Shown piece after piece: positions 19,104 to 28,853 of a DNA stretch of 64,000 bases (its first letter is position 1; the number at the start of each line of letters is the position of its first letter). The notes under the pieces are model-generated. The model saw only the letters and a program-made list of their open reading frames with translations. It had not been told where the DNA came from and did no database searches. The stretch lies in contig OZ241863.1 of assembly GCA_965203055.1 (NCBI GenBank), forward strand, positions 3,264,001 to 3,328,000, written 5' to 3'. The DNA comes from Spirochaetia bacterium (lineage in GTDB: Bacteria; Spirochaetota; Spirochaetia; SZUA-6; Bin103). A program made the translations under genes and the position numbers.

Positions 19104-19730
19104 TTGAGCGGCGTATTCGTCTATTGGGACAACTCCAACATATTCCACGAGGCGCAGCGCATCGCCGAGGCGGAAGACGCCACCCCCGGCGCGCGCTATC
19201 TGGTGCGCATCCACTTCGACAACATGCTGCGCCTGGCTCATGCGGACCGCCCGCTGACGAAGGCGGTGGCGGCCGGCTCGGTGCCGCCGGAGCTGCGGCA
19301 GCTCTGGAACCGCATGGAGAACCGCGGCGTGGAAGTCAACCTGTTCGACCGCGGCGGTCGGGACCGCGGCGAGCAGGAGACCCCCGACCGATGGCTGCAG
19401 TTGCGGATGCTGGAGGACGCCCTGGATTACAACGGCGATCCCGGGATCGTCGCGCTGCTGACGGGCGACGGCGCGGGGTACGTCGAAGGCCGCGGCTTCC
19501 ATAGCACGCTGCGGCGGATGCATCGGCGCGGCTGGCGGGTGGAGGTGCTGTCGTGGATTCATTCGTGCAACCGCGGCATGCGCGCCTGGGCGGAAGCCAA
19601 CGGCGTATTCGTACCGCTGGACGACTATTACGCTTCGATTACCTTCCGCGAGCCGTCGCGCCCCGGGCACGAATTCGCGCCGGCGCGGGATCAGGCCGCG
19701 CTGGACCTGTCCCGCCGGCCGGTGGCCTAG
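19104..19730 (+). CDS. NYN (PIN-like) domain protein
   Basis: VFVYWDNSN and ALLTGDG...RGWRVEV motifs. Confidence 0.8.
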   Translation: MSGVFVYWDNSNIFHEAQRIAEAEDATPGARYLVRIHFDNMLRLAHADRPLTKAVAAGSVPPELRQLWNRMENRGVEVNLFDRGGRDRGEQETPDRWLQLRMLEDALDYNGDPGIVALLTGDGAGYVEGRGFHSTLRRMHRRGWRVEVLSWIHSCNRGMRAWAEANGVFVPLDDYYASITFREPSRPGHEFAPARDQAALDLSRRPVA

Positions 19731-20830
19731 CGCGGGGCGTCGAACCGGATGATGCCGCGCTTGTGGCCGCCCTTGAGCAGGTCGGCGTAGGCCTCGTTGA
19801 TCTGCTCCAGGCGGTAGCGGGCGGAGATCAGCTCGTCGAGCAGCAGTTGGCCTGACTGATACAGCGCCAGCAGCCGCGGGAACTCGTAGTGCGGGTTGGT
19901 CGAACCGAAGAACGAGCCGAGGATGCGCTTCTCGTTGACGTGCAGGTCGAGGCCGGGGTAGCGGGTGAACGAACCCATGGGAGCGACTCCCACCACCACC
20001 AGCGCGCCGCCGCGGCGGACGGCGTCGTAGGCGGCCTCCTGCACCGCCGGCAGGCCGACGGCCTCGAACGCGTAGTCCGCGCCGCGCCCGCCGGTGAGGG
20101 CGCGCACCCGATCCTGCGCGTCGCCGCCGGCGACCACGCCGTGGGTGGCGCCGAACTGGCGCGCGATCTCCAGTTTGGCCGGGTCGCTGTCCACCGCGAT
20201 GATCGGATTGGCGCCGCTCAGGCGCGCCCCCTGGACCACGTTCAGGCCCACGCCGCCGCAGCCGTAGACCGCCGCGTTTTCGCCGGGGCGAATCCGCACG
20301 GTGTTCACCGCCGCCCCCACGCCGGTGGTAACCGCGCACCCGACCAGAGCCGCCACCTCGAACGACACCTCGTCCGGTATCGGCACGCACGACTGTTCGG
20401 GCGCCACCGCCTGTTCGGCGAAGGTGGACAGCACGCTGAACTGGGTGACCCGGGCGCCGCCCAGCCGCAACCGCGTGCTGCCGTCCGGCATGGTGCCGTT
20501 GCGCCAATCCCAGTAGGTCTCGCACAGCCGGCTCTGGTCGCGCAGGCAGTAGAAGCAGGCATCGCAGCACGGCGCCCAGTTGAGGATCACCCGCTGCCCC
20601 GGCTGCACGCGGGTCACCCGGCTGCCCACCTCCTCCACCACGCCGGCGCCCTCATGGCCCAGCACCACCGGCATGGGACGCTTGACGTTGCCGGCCACGA
20701 AGTGCCAGTCGCTGTGGCAGGCGCCGGCGGCGGCAAGCCGCACGCGGACCTCGCGCGGCTGCGGCGGCAACAGCTCCACCTCCTCGATGACGAACGGTCC
20801 TCCAACCTGGTGCACTACCGCAGCTTTCAT
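19727..20830 (-). CDS. Zn-dependent alcohol dehydrogenase (class III-like)
   Basis: CHSD, GHEGAGVV, structural Zn cysteines, GCAVTTGVGA, GCGGVG. Confidence 0.92.
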   Translation of the reverse strand: MKAAVVHQVGGPFVIEEVELLPPQPREVRVRLAAAGACHSDWHFVAGNVKRPMPVVLGHEGAGVVEEVGSRVTRVQPGQRVILNWAPCCDACFYCLRDQSRLCETYWDWRNGTMPDGSTRLRLGGARVTQFSVLSTFAEQAVAPEQSCVPIPDEVSFEVAALVGCAVTTGVGAAVNTVRIRPGENAAVYGCGGVGLNVVQGARLSGANPIIAVDSDPAKLEIARQFGATHGVVAGGDAQDRVRALTGGRGADYAFEAVGLPAVQEAAYDAVRRGGALVVVGVAPMGSFTRYPGLDLHVNEKRILGSFFGSTNPHYEFPRLLALYQSGQLLLDELISARYRLEQINEAYADLLKGGHKRGIIRFDAPR

Positions 20831-20875
20831 GTTTTCAATCCTCCTGGCGCCCGGCGGGCGCCGGCTTCAGCTTGC

Positions 20876-21607
20876 TTACTGTACCTGCCCTGACGGCTTG
20901 ACGTATGCGTGGCCGGCCATGATGGCGCGCACCTGGTCCACGCCGCGCGCCTGCAGCAGCCGCCCGACCCGCTCCTCCTCCTGCGCGAGCAGCAGCTTGG
21001 CGTTGGCGACCACCTCTCCCAGCCGCGCGGCCGGGAACTTGACGGCGCCGTTCTCGTCCATGTGGACGACGTCGCCGGGGGCCACGTCCATGCCGCACAG
21101 GCTGACCGGGACCTGCACCGCCTGCAGCTCCTGGGGACCGTGGCCGGCGCAGATGCCGCGCGTCAGGTACTGGAACTTCATCGGCCGGATTTCGTGGATG
21201 TCGCGCGACGGACCGTTGCTCACCGCGCCGACCGCGCCGCACGCCCGCAGCGCGGAGGTCATGTTGCCGCCGGCCAGCCCGACCTTGTCCGCCAGCTCCG
21301 GCGGGAAGCGCTGCTCGAAGCAGAAGATGGAAGGACGGCCGAGCTTGTCCGCCGCCTCCAGGACATCCATCAGGCTGAGCGCGGAGTAGCCCGGATCGGT
21401 GACCCCGTAGGTACAGGTCACCGCGTAGCCGGCGACCGGCCCCAGGTCCGGGTACCAGCAGCGCAGCCGGTTGTCGGTGTACCAGTTGGCCTGCCACGGG
21501 TGGTACAGCTCCAGACACAGCTCGTGGCCGGGATAGGTCGCCACCACGTTGGTTACCGTGGGCGTGTCGATCTGCTTCAGTTCTTCGAGCAATTCCAGGT
21601 CAGACAT
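20876..21607 (-). CDS. RraA family protein (HMG aldolase-like)
   Basis: DTPTVTN, GYAVT, GAVSNGPSRD, VAPGDVVHMDENGAV. Confidence 0.85.
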   Translation of the reverse strand: MSDLELLEELKQIDTPTVTNVVATYPGHELCLELYHPWQANWYTDNRLRCWYPDLGPVAGYAVTCTYGVTDPGYSALSLMDVLEAADKLGRPSIFCFEQRFPPELADKVGLAGGNMTSALRACGAVGAVSNGPSRDIHEIRPMKFQYLTRGICAGHGPQELQAVQVPVSLCGMDVAPGDVVHMDENGAVKFPAARLGEVVANAKLLLAQEEERVGRLLQARGVDQVRAIMAGHAYVKPSGQVQ

Positions 21608-21633
21608 GTGGTCTCCTTCTCATCAGGTCCTCA

Positions 21634-22389
21634 TCAGGCGACGCCGACTTCCGCCGAAACGTCGCGCTGGTAGGTCGGGCGGATGGTCAGTTCCGGGATC
21701 ATGGTGCGGTGCGGCAGGTCGGCAATCAGGACTATCGCGCGCGCCACGTCCTCCGCCGCGGCCATGGTGGCGCGCGCCTCCGCCGACGGATTGACCGGCC
21801 GGTGGTTCAGGATCGGGGTATCGACCTCGCCGGGAATGACGACGCTGGCGCGCAGCCCGCGGTTCTTGAACTCCGCGTTGAGGTAACCGGTGAAGTTGAT
21901 CACGCCCGCCTTGGCCGCGGAGTAGGCGACTCCGGCAAGCGGGCTGCCGGCCACGCCGGCCAGGGAGGAGACGTTGATGATGGTGCCCTCCTTGGCGTCC
22001 AGCATGGCGTTCAGCACCGCCTGGGTACAGTAGATGGTGCCGGCCAGGTTGGAGTCGACGGTGCTGCGGATGTCCTCCGGCGTGGTGGTCTGCAGCCGGC
22101 GGTTGGGGGAGGCGTGGCCGGCGTTGTTCACCAGCACGTCGATGCGCCCCCAGGCGGCCAGCACCTCGGCGGCCATGCGCTGCGCCGCGCGCTGGTCGGC
22201 CACGTCCAGGCGCACCGCCAGCGCCGCGGCGCCGCGCCGCTCCAGCTCGCCGCGCACCGCGGTGAGCTTGTGTTCGGTGCGGCCTGCGACGACGACCCGC
22301 GCCCCCTGCGCGGCCATCAGCAGCGCGCTGGCGCGGCCGATCCCGCTGCCGCCGCCGGTGACGATGCAGACCTTGTCTTTCAGACTCAT
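21634..22389 (-). CDS. Short-chain dehydrogenase/reductase
   Basis: TGGGSGIG, NNAG, YSAAK. Confidence 0.92.
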   Translation of the reverse strand: MSLKDKVCIVTGGGSGIGRASALLMAAQGARVVVAGRTEHKLTAVRGELERRGAAALAVRLDVADQRAAQRMAAEVLAAWGRIDVLVNNAGHASPNRRLQTTTPEDIRSTVDSNLAGTIYCTQAVLNAMLDAKEGTIINVSSLAGVAGSPLAGVAYSAAKAGVINFTGYLNAEFKNRGLRASVVIPGEVDTPILNHRPVNPSAEARATMAAAEDVARAIVLIADLPHRTMIPELTIRPTYQRDVSAEVGVA

Positions 22390-22473
22390 GCCGCAAACCT
22401 ATCACAGAGTCGCCGCGTCGAGCAGGCCGCCAGTGGTGGGTTGGTGGGTAGGTGGTGGCCTGGTGGGCGGCGG

Positions 22474-23682
22474 CTAATCGACCAGCGCCTGATAGGCGAG
22501 CACGCGGAAGTCTTCGGCCACCCGGAAGTAGCCCGCCGGTCGGACCTGCGCCAGGATGATGCCGATGAACTGTTCGCGCGGATCGATCCAGAAATAGGTA
22601 TTTGCGGCACCGGCCCAGCCATATTCGCCGGCCGAGCCGGGCCGGCCGCTCTGGCCGGGATCGAGCAGCACGCGCACCCCGAGTCCGTAACCGTAGCCGC
22701 GCTGCTCGCGGCCGCCTACCTCGAACGGGAGCAGCGCCGCGGGAAGCTGATTGGCAGTCATGCACTCGACCGTCTTGCGGCCCAGCACGCGCGCGCCATC
22801 GAGCGCGCCGTCGTTGAGCAGCATGGCGCAGAAGCGCAGGTAGTCGCCGGCGGTGGACACTAGGCCGTGGCCGCCGCGGAACGCCTGGTGCGGGCGGTAC
22901 TCCAGGTCGGTTGCCGGGTTGGAGATCCAGTCGAACCGGCCGGCGGCGGCGAGCTGCAGGGAGCGGCTCGCGCGCGCGTCTGCGGGGTCGCGGGCGCCGA
23001 TCATGGCGCTGAAGCGGTGCTGCTTGGCGGCGGGAACGAAGAAGCCGGTATCCACCATCCCCAGCGGGCCGAAGATGCGTTCCTGCAGGAACCGGTCGAG
23101 CGGCGCGCCGCTGATCACCTCGATGAGCCGCGCCGCCACGTCGTGGGACAGTCCGTAGCGAAACCGCGTGCCCGGCTCGAACGCCAGCGGCAGCGCCATG
23201 ATCTGCTCCACCAGCTCGGCAAGCGGCTGATCCGACAGGTGCGAGACGTGCCGCCGGTACAGCTCCTCCACCGGGCCATACTCCAACCAGGAGTAGGTGA
23301 GTCCGGCAGTATGGGTCAGCAGGTCGTGAATGGTCACTTCCCGCCGCGGGACGCCGCCGGCGTAGACCCGGACGTCGGCGAACCCGGGGATGAAGCGCGA
23401 CACCGGATCGGCGAGCTGAAAGCGCCCCTCCTCGTAGAGCGCCAGCAAGGCGGTGCAGACGATCGGCTTGGTCATGGAGTAGATGCGGAAGATGGCGTCG
23501 TCGCGCATCGGCTCCCCGCCCGGCCCCAGCGCGCCGAAGCTGCGCTGGTGCAGCAGCTCGCCGCGGCGGTACACCGCGGTGACGATGCCGGGGATCGGCG
23601 TGGTATCGACGTAGCGCTGCATCGCGTCATCGATGCGGCCCAGCCGGCTCAGGGAAACCCCGGCCCTCACGGCTTCACTCAT
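22474..23682 (-). CDS. Serine hydrolase, beta-lactamase family
   Basis: FRIYSMTK (SxxK), LLTHTAGL, FRYG, YGWAGAANTYFWIDP. Confidence 0.9.
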   Translation of the reverse strand: MSEAVRAGVSLSRLGRIDDAMQRYVDTTPIPGIVTAVYRRGELLHQRSFGALGPGGEPMRDDAIFRIYSMTKPIVCTALLALYEEGRFQLADPVSRFIPGFADVRVYAGGVPRREVTIHDLLTHTAGLTYSWLEYGPVEELYRRHVSHLSDQPLAELVEQIMALPLAFEPGTRFRYGLSHDVAARLIEVISGAPLDRFLQERIFGPLGMVDTGFFVPAAKQHRFSAMIGARDPADARASRSLQLAAAGRFDWISNPATDLEYRPHQAFRGGHGLVSTAGDYLRFCAMLLNDGALDGARVLGRKTVECMTANQLPAALLPFEVGGREQRGYGYGLGVRVLLDPGQSGRPGSAGEYGWAGAANTYFWIDPREQFIGIILAQVRPAGYFRVAEDFRVLAYQALVD

Positions 23683-23796
23683 CCCTGCCAAGGATAGGCT
23701 CACGCCGGGGCCGGCGGCTACCGCGTGCAAGGGTCCGGCGTCGCGCCGGCCGGCGCAGCCGTTCGTGTTACTATGGTGGGATAGGGAGCGCGGGGG

Positions 23797-23980
23797 ATGA
23801 TCAAGTACGTAACGGGCGATCTGTTGGCGGCGGAGTGTGAAGCGTTGGTCAACAGCGTCAACTGCGTCGGCGTCATGGGCCGCGGCGTCGCGCTCGCGTT
23901 CAAGCGCCGGTTTCCCGCCAACTTCAAGGCGTACAAGGCAGCCTGGCGACTGGGGTGAACTCGAGCCCGGCCGGATGTTA
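23797..23980 (+). pseudogene. Truncated macro-domain (DarG-like N-terminus) fragment
   Basis: Manual translation: [49 protein letters not shown], then frameshift/stop. Confidence 0.8.
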
Positions 23981-24673
23981 GGGGGACGAAACTCGATCTC
24001 CGGGAGGCGTTTCCACCGCCACAGATTCGCTACTTTCAAGGAGGATACGTAGCGGTCGTCTACGTGGACGAATTACCCGCGGATCGGAAGTACGTCTTCT
24101 ACCGCGGGGAGGCGTGGAAACGCGTGCTGACCGGGGAGCACCGGCTGACGGAGGCGGAGATCGAACGACAGGAGGAGTACCGGGAAGAGTCGTGGCATGC
24201 CCGAGGAAGTGTTGCGGGAGACGGTGAACAACGCGTTGGCCCACCGCGACTATTCCATCGACAAGCAGGCGATCATATCGATCAGGCCCGGCCATCACGT
24301 CTCCATCCGCAATCCCGGATCATTCCGCCCTCACCTGCTCATCGAACATCCGGACGATCCCATCCCGCTGCGCCGGATCATGCCCGAGGCCAAGGCGCGC
24401 AACCCCAAGCTGGCGGACGTATTGCGGGTCTACCGGAAATGGGAAGGCAAGGGCGTCGGCATGGCTACGCTGGTGAACCTGTGCCTGGAGAACCGGATCG
24501 ATCTTCCCGCTTACCGCTTCTACAGCGAAGAGGTGCGCCTCTTCCTGAACGCCGGCCCGCTGCTCGGAAATCGGATCGACACCCTGATCGAATCGTTCGA
24601 CGCCTACATCGCCGGCAAGCTGGCGGGCGGTCTCTCCGACGAACAGAAGCTGGTGCTGGCGTACCTGATGAAG

Positions 24674-26076
24674 GAGATATTGTCAAGTCTTGTGGATTGA
24701 GAATCAGCGAGCGCATCTCCATCGTTCTGTCGTCTCTCTAAGCCGCTGCCTCCGTCAGCTCGCCGTCTACGAATTCACGCCCTTCCATCACTAGGGGTAT
24801 GAGTTTGAAGCCCATCAGCCGGCGCCACCTCCGCTGCGCTTCCAGCGCCAGCTTCCAGACCATCGTCAGCGTCGCCGCCCGCGACCCGCAGCCCTTCGTC
24901 CGCTTCGTCCGCAGCCGCACCGTCGCATACGTCGACTCGATCGGGTTGCTGGTCCGCAGATGGGTCCAGTGCGCCGCCGGAAACCCATAGAAACTGAACA
25001 GCGAGCCTTCATCCTTGCGCAGGCTGGCGACCGCCTTCGGGTACTTCGCCTCCCACGCCGTGCAGAACTGGTGGTAGGCGCTGGTAGCATGCTCCAACGA
25101 CGGCGCTTGCCACATCTCGCGGATCATCGTCTTCGCCCGCCCCTGCACCGACTGCGGCATCTTGTCCAGCACGTTGCCGGCCTTGTGGAACCAGCAGGTC
25201 TGTTCCTCCGTTCCCGGATACACCTCCCGCAGCGCCGCCCAGAACCCCAACGCCCCGTCCGCCGTCGCCAGCCGCGGCCCCTTCGTCAGCCCCCGTCGCC
25301 GCAGGTCCAACAGCAGCTCACACCACGCCGTCTTGCTCTCCCGGTAGCCGTCGCTGACCGCCACCACTTCCTTGCGCCCCTGCTCGTCGGCGCCCATGAT
25401 CACCAGGATGCAACTGCGCTCCTCGTCCAGCCGCACGTTCACGTGCAGGCCGTCGGCCCAGAAGTACACGTACCTCTTGCCGCTCAGATCACGCTGCGTC
25501 CACTCCTGGTACTCCGCTTCCCACACCTTCTTCAGCCGCACCACGTTGGTCGCGCTCAGCCCTGCGGCCTGCTCTCCCAGGATCGCCGCCAGCGCCTGCG
25601 AGAAGTCCCCGCTCGATACCCCCTTCAGGTACAGCGTCGGTATCAGGCTGTCCACACTCGGCGTCCGTCTCGCGTAGCGCGGCAGGATCGCGCTGCTGAA
25701 CCTCGACTCTCCCTGCTTGGCGAGCTGGCGGTCATCGACCCGCGGCTGCCGGATCGGGATCGGACCGATCCCGGTGACCAACGAGCGCTTCGGCAGATGG
25801 CCGTTGCGGACCGCCAGCCGGTGGCCGTGCTGATCCCGCTGGTCAGCGTACCGCGCCAGGAACTCGTCCACTTCCGCCTCCAGCGCCGCAGCCAGCATCT
25901 GCCGCGCTCCGGCGCGTACGATCTCATCCAGAATGGCACCAGGACCTTGAGGACCTTGAGCCTCGGTGGTCCTGCCGGTATTGTTCTCCACGAGCGTACT
26001 CCTCCTGATTCGTGGTTGAATCGTTCTTGGGAGGATGCGCTCTTTTCATCCCATCCACAACTTCCGGTTATATCTC
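24674..26076 (-). mobile_element. IS256 family insertion sequence
   Basis: Imperfect TIRs GAGATAT...TTGTGGAT at both ends; 9 bp TSD CTGATGAAG at 24665-24673 and 26077-26085. Confidence 0.92.
24738..25991 (-). CDS. IS256 family DDE transposase
   Basis: VRNGHLP, LYLKGVSSGDF, YFWADG, ADGALGFW, CWFHK, LRTSNPIES. Confidence 0.93.
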   Translation of the reverse strand: MENNTGRTTEAQGPQGPGAILDEIVRAGARQMLAAALEAEVDEFLARYADQRDQHGHRLAVRNGHLPKRSLVTGIGPIPIRQPRVDDRQLAKQGESRFSSAILPRYARRTPSVDSLIPTLYLKGVSSGDFSQALAAILGEQAAGLSATNVVRLKKVWEAEYQEWTQRDLSGKRYVYFWADGLHVNVRLDEERSCILVIMGADEQGRKEVVAVSDGYRESKTAWCELLLDLRRRGLTKGPRLATADGALGFWAALREVYPGTEEQTCWFHKAGNVLDKMPQSVQGRAKTMIREMWQAPSLEHATSAYHQFCTAWEAKYPKAVASLRKDEGSLFSFYGFPAAHWTHLRTSNPIESTYATVRLRTKRTKGCGSRAATLTMVWKLALEAQRRWRRLMGFKLIPLVMEGREFVDGELTEAAA

Positions 26077-26586
26077 CTGATGAAGGCGCAGTGGGCCGAT
26101 GAACGGTACCAGTACACGATCCTGCTGACGCCGGACAAAACCACTTCGAGCAGCTGCTGGCGCTGGAGCGGGTCGGGTTGATCGTCAGACATCCGCGCAG
26201 CACGGTCACGCGGCCGGTGTTCGTCGTCGATCAGGCGCTGATGCAGTCGGACTACCGAGACGACCTGGAGCGGATCTTCGGTGACCTGCGGTCGGTCGAT
26301 CCGCGTTCGAGGCGATGTCTGAACGTCCTGTGGCGCTATGGCCGGTTCTCGTCGGCCGGGGCGGCGACCGCAAAGAAGACCGCCTTCTCGCTCTGGTACG
26401 AAGACCACGGAGAGATTCAGGACATCAAGGAGTTCGATCGCTTCTACCGGCAGGTCCGCTACACCTTCAACAAGCTGGAGCGAGGCGACTATATCGTGCG
26501 CGCCGGCCGCGGCGGCTTCGTGCTCAACCAGAAGTATCGCGCTGATCGCCTGCTTTGAGTATGGTCGCTTGCTGGTCCAACCTGCG

Positions 26587-27978
26587 CTATCTCAGGCCGG
26601 CCATTACGTCGCCGGCGTCCACCAGGTGCACGCCGGTCGAGGCATCGATCTTGACCGCCGCCTCGGGCACGAACAGCGCGCTGACCACTTCCAGGCCGGC
26701 CGCTCCGGGCAGGGCTTCGGCGCCGGGGCGCGGTCCGGCGCGAGACACGGCGCCGCTGCGCGCTGACCACTTCGCCTCGCCCACCAGCAGCCGCCTGCCG
26801 TCCACCGACCGTGCCACGATGTCGAACTCCGGGGCGTTGCCGCGCCAGTAGCGCCGCGCCGGCTCCCACGGTCCCAGGCGGCCCAAAGGAGTATCGCACC
26901 GGTGCAGCACGGGGACCGCCATGCGGCACAGCTCCTCCCACGCGTACGCCTCCAGTCCCGGCCGGAGCCGGGCCCAATAGCGGAGCCGGGTGTCGCGCGG
27001 CGCCTCCGCCAACGCCGCGCGGTGCGGGGCGACGACGGCGAACCACAGGCGCAGAAACGGATCGTCGATGCCGTAGAGGCTGCGCTTGCCCGAAGCCGGA
27101 CTGCTCCCGAACGGGACCTCGCGACGCACGAAGTTCATCTCCATGAGGGCGGCCAGTTGCCGCGACAGGCTCGACGCCGGCCGCCCGAGCCGGCCCGCGA
27201 TCTCGCTGATGCGGCGGGCGCCCGCGCCGATGACGTCCAGCAGCGGCCGCAGGGCGGTGGCCGGCGGCGTTTCGGCCCGCAACAGGCGGTCCGGTTCTTC
27301 GTGCAGCGGCCCGGCAGGATCGAGGATCAGGTCGTCGACCGCCGCCTCGAAGTCGCCTCCGTACGGCTCGGCGAGCTCCCAGTAGCGCGGCATGCCGCCC
27401 CAGATCGCGTAGCCGGAAACCAGGGCACGAGGCGGCGCCGCGGTGAATACGTCGGCCAGGTATCCCGGTCTGAGCGGGCGCACCGCGAACGCTTCCACGG
27501 CGCGGCCGTACAGGGGGGCGGCGGCGCTCAGCACCGCGCCGTGCATCATGCGCAGGCTCGACCCGCTGACCACCAGGCACGGCCGCCAGGCGCGCCCGTC
27601 CAGCCAGTTCTGCAGGACCGCGCTCACCGGCGGATCGGCGGCGATCAGATACGGCAACTCGTCCAGGATGAACGGTCCCGGCCAGCGCGCGTCCGCGGCG
27701 GCGGCCGCGAGGCGCCGGAAGAAGGACCGCCAGTCCGGGTACTCGACGTCCGCGAACCCCGAGAACCGTTCGGCGACCGCGGCGGCCAGGTAGCGCCGCT
27801 GCACCGCGGGCGCCGACTGATCCGCGACGGTGTAGAGGCCGTCGCGGCGCCGTGACCACTCGATGAGCAGCCGCGACTTGCCTACGCGCCGCCGCCCCCA
27901 GATGGCCGCGAACGCGCCGGACGACCGCGCCGCACGGTTGAGCCGCCGCAACTCGTCGCGACGATCGAGGAACTCCAT
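26587..27978 (-). CDS. Archaeal-type ATPase (ATPase_2) with HTH and DUF234-like C-terminal nuclease-fold domain
   Basis: FLDRRDEL, WGRRRVGKS, ILDELPYL, GGMPRY, DDPFLRLWF, EFDIVA...VGEAKW. Confidence 0.85.
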   Translation of the reverse strand: MEFLDRRDELRRLNRAARSSGAFAAIWGRRRVGKSRLLIEWSRRRDGLYTVADQSAPAVQRRYLAAAVAERFSGFADVEYPDWRSFFRRLAAAAADARWPGPFILDELPYLIAADPPVSAVLQNWLDGRAWRPCLVVSGSSLRMMHGAVLSAAAPLYGRAVEAFAVRPLRPGYLADVFTAAPPRALVSGYAIWGGMPRYWELAEPYGGDFEAAVDDLILDPAGPLHEEPDRLLRAETPPATALRPLLDVIGAGARRISEIAGRLGRPASSLSRQLAALMEMNFVRREVPFGSSPASGKRSLYGIDDPFLRLWFAVVAPHRAALAEAPRDTRLRYWARLRPGLEAYAWEELCRMAVPVLHRCDTPLGRLGPWEPARRYWRGNAPEFDIVARSVDGRRLLVGEAKWSARSGAVSRAGPRPGAEALPGAAGLEVVSALFVPEAAVKIDASTGVHLVDAGDVMAGLR

Positions 27979-27984
27979 GGGCGT

Positions 27985-28020
27985 ATTATACCGCTCAGCA
28001 TTATGCTGACTTGCATAATA
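27985..28020 (-). promoter_or_regulatory. -10 TATAAT and palindromic operator upstream of the ATPase
   Basis: Minus strand TATTATGCAAGTCAGCATAATGCTGAGCGGTATAATACGCCC-ATG, containing TCAGCAT-A-ATGCTGA. Confidence 0.6.
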
Positions 28021-28068
28021 GTGGGGCGGGGCGGCGCGGTTATGGCCGTTTCGGTTATGCTGTCCGTC

Positions 28069-28812
28069 ATGGGACGATTGACGGTACCGGCTCTGGCCGT
28101 GATGTTGGCACTACTGTGGTGCTCGGCCTGCGCGGGGGCGGCCCCGACCCCGGACCCGGCTCCCGCGGACCCGGCGCCGGCGGCCCCCGCGGGTCCGGCC
28201 CCCGCGGACCCGGCGGCTCCGGCTCCGACCGAGGCTCGCTACCGGGTCACGTTCACCTCCACCTGGAGCGCGGCGACCCACCCGCGGAACTTTCCCCGCG
28301 GTCCGCACTTCTCCGGTCTGGTCGGCGCGACGCACGGGGACATCCGCATCTGGCAGTCCGGCAAGGTCGCCACCGGCGGCATGGAGCAGATGGCGGAGAC
28401 CGGCGGCAAGAGCCGGTTGCTGGGCGAGATAGATCAGCTTATCGAGCGTGGTTCCGCGCACGCCCGACTTTCCGGCGGCGGACTGTCGACCTCGCCGGCA
28501 ACCGTCAGTCTGGAGTTCACCGCCGTCTCCTCGCATCCGTTCGTGACCCTGGTCAGCATGCTGGCGCCGAGCCCTGACTGGTTCGTGGGCGTATCCGCGC
28601 TGCCGCTGATGGAGGACGGAGCCTGGAAGGCGCGCGTGGAGGTGGCGCTCGTCGTCTACGACGCCGGCACGGACGACGGCGCGGTGTTCACCGCCGCCAA
28701 CGCCGATTCCGATCCGGCCGAGCCGATAGCCGCGCTGACCAGCGACCCGGACGATACCGACTTCTCCGCGGGCAAGCCCGCCGTGGGTACCTTCGTCTTC
28801 GAACGGCTCTAG
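28069..28812 (+). CDS. Spondin_N domain protein, probable lipoprotein with Pro/Ala linker
   Basis: YRVTFTSTWS..THP, HFSGLVGATH, SMLAPSPDWFVGV, YDAGTD; hydrophobic signal ending in Cys. Confidence 0.85.
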   Translation: MGRLTVPALAVMLALLWCSACAGAAPTPDPAPADPAPAAPAGPAPADPAAPAPTEARYRVTFTSTWSAATHPRNFPRGPHFSGLVGATHGDIRIWQSGKVATGGMEQMAETGGKSRLLGEIDQLIERGSAHARLSGGGLSTSPATVSLEFTAVSSHPFVTLVSMLAPSPDWFVGVSALPLMEDGAWKARVEVALVVYDAGTDDGAVFTAANADSDPAEPIAALTSDPDDTDFSAGKPAVGTFVFERL

Positions 28813-28853
28813 ATATAGAGAAATAGAGCGAACCACGTGGCCGCGCGCCGGCG

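Larger units (their letters stand above)
23981..26558 (+). pseudogene. Fragmented ATP-binding protein of the AlbA_2 / RecG-C (HATPase_c_4) type, interrupted by IS256
   Basis: PEEVLRETVNNALAHRDYS, IRNPG, ARNPKLADVL, EGKGVGM; LMK at the TSD continues as LMKAQWADERY after 26077; additional frameshifts and deletion. Confidence 0.7.
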
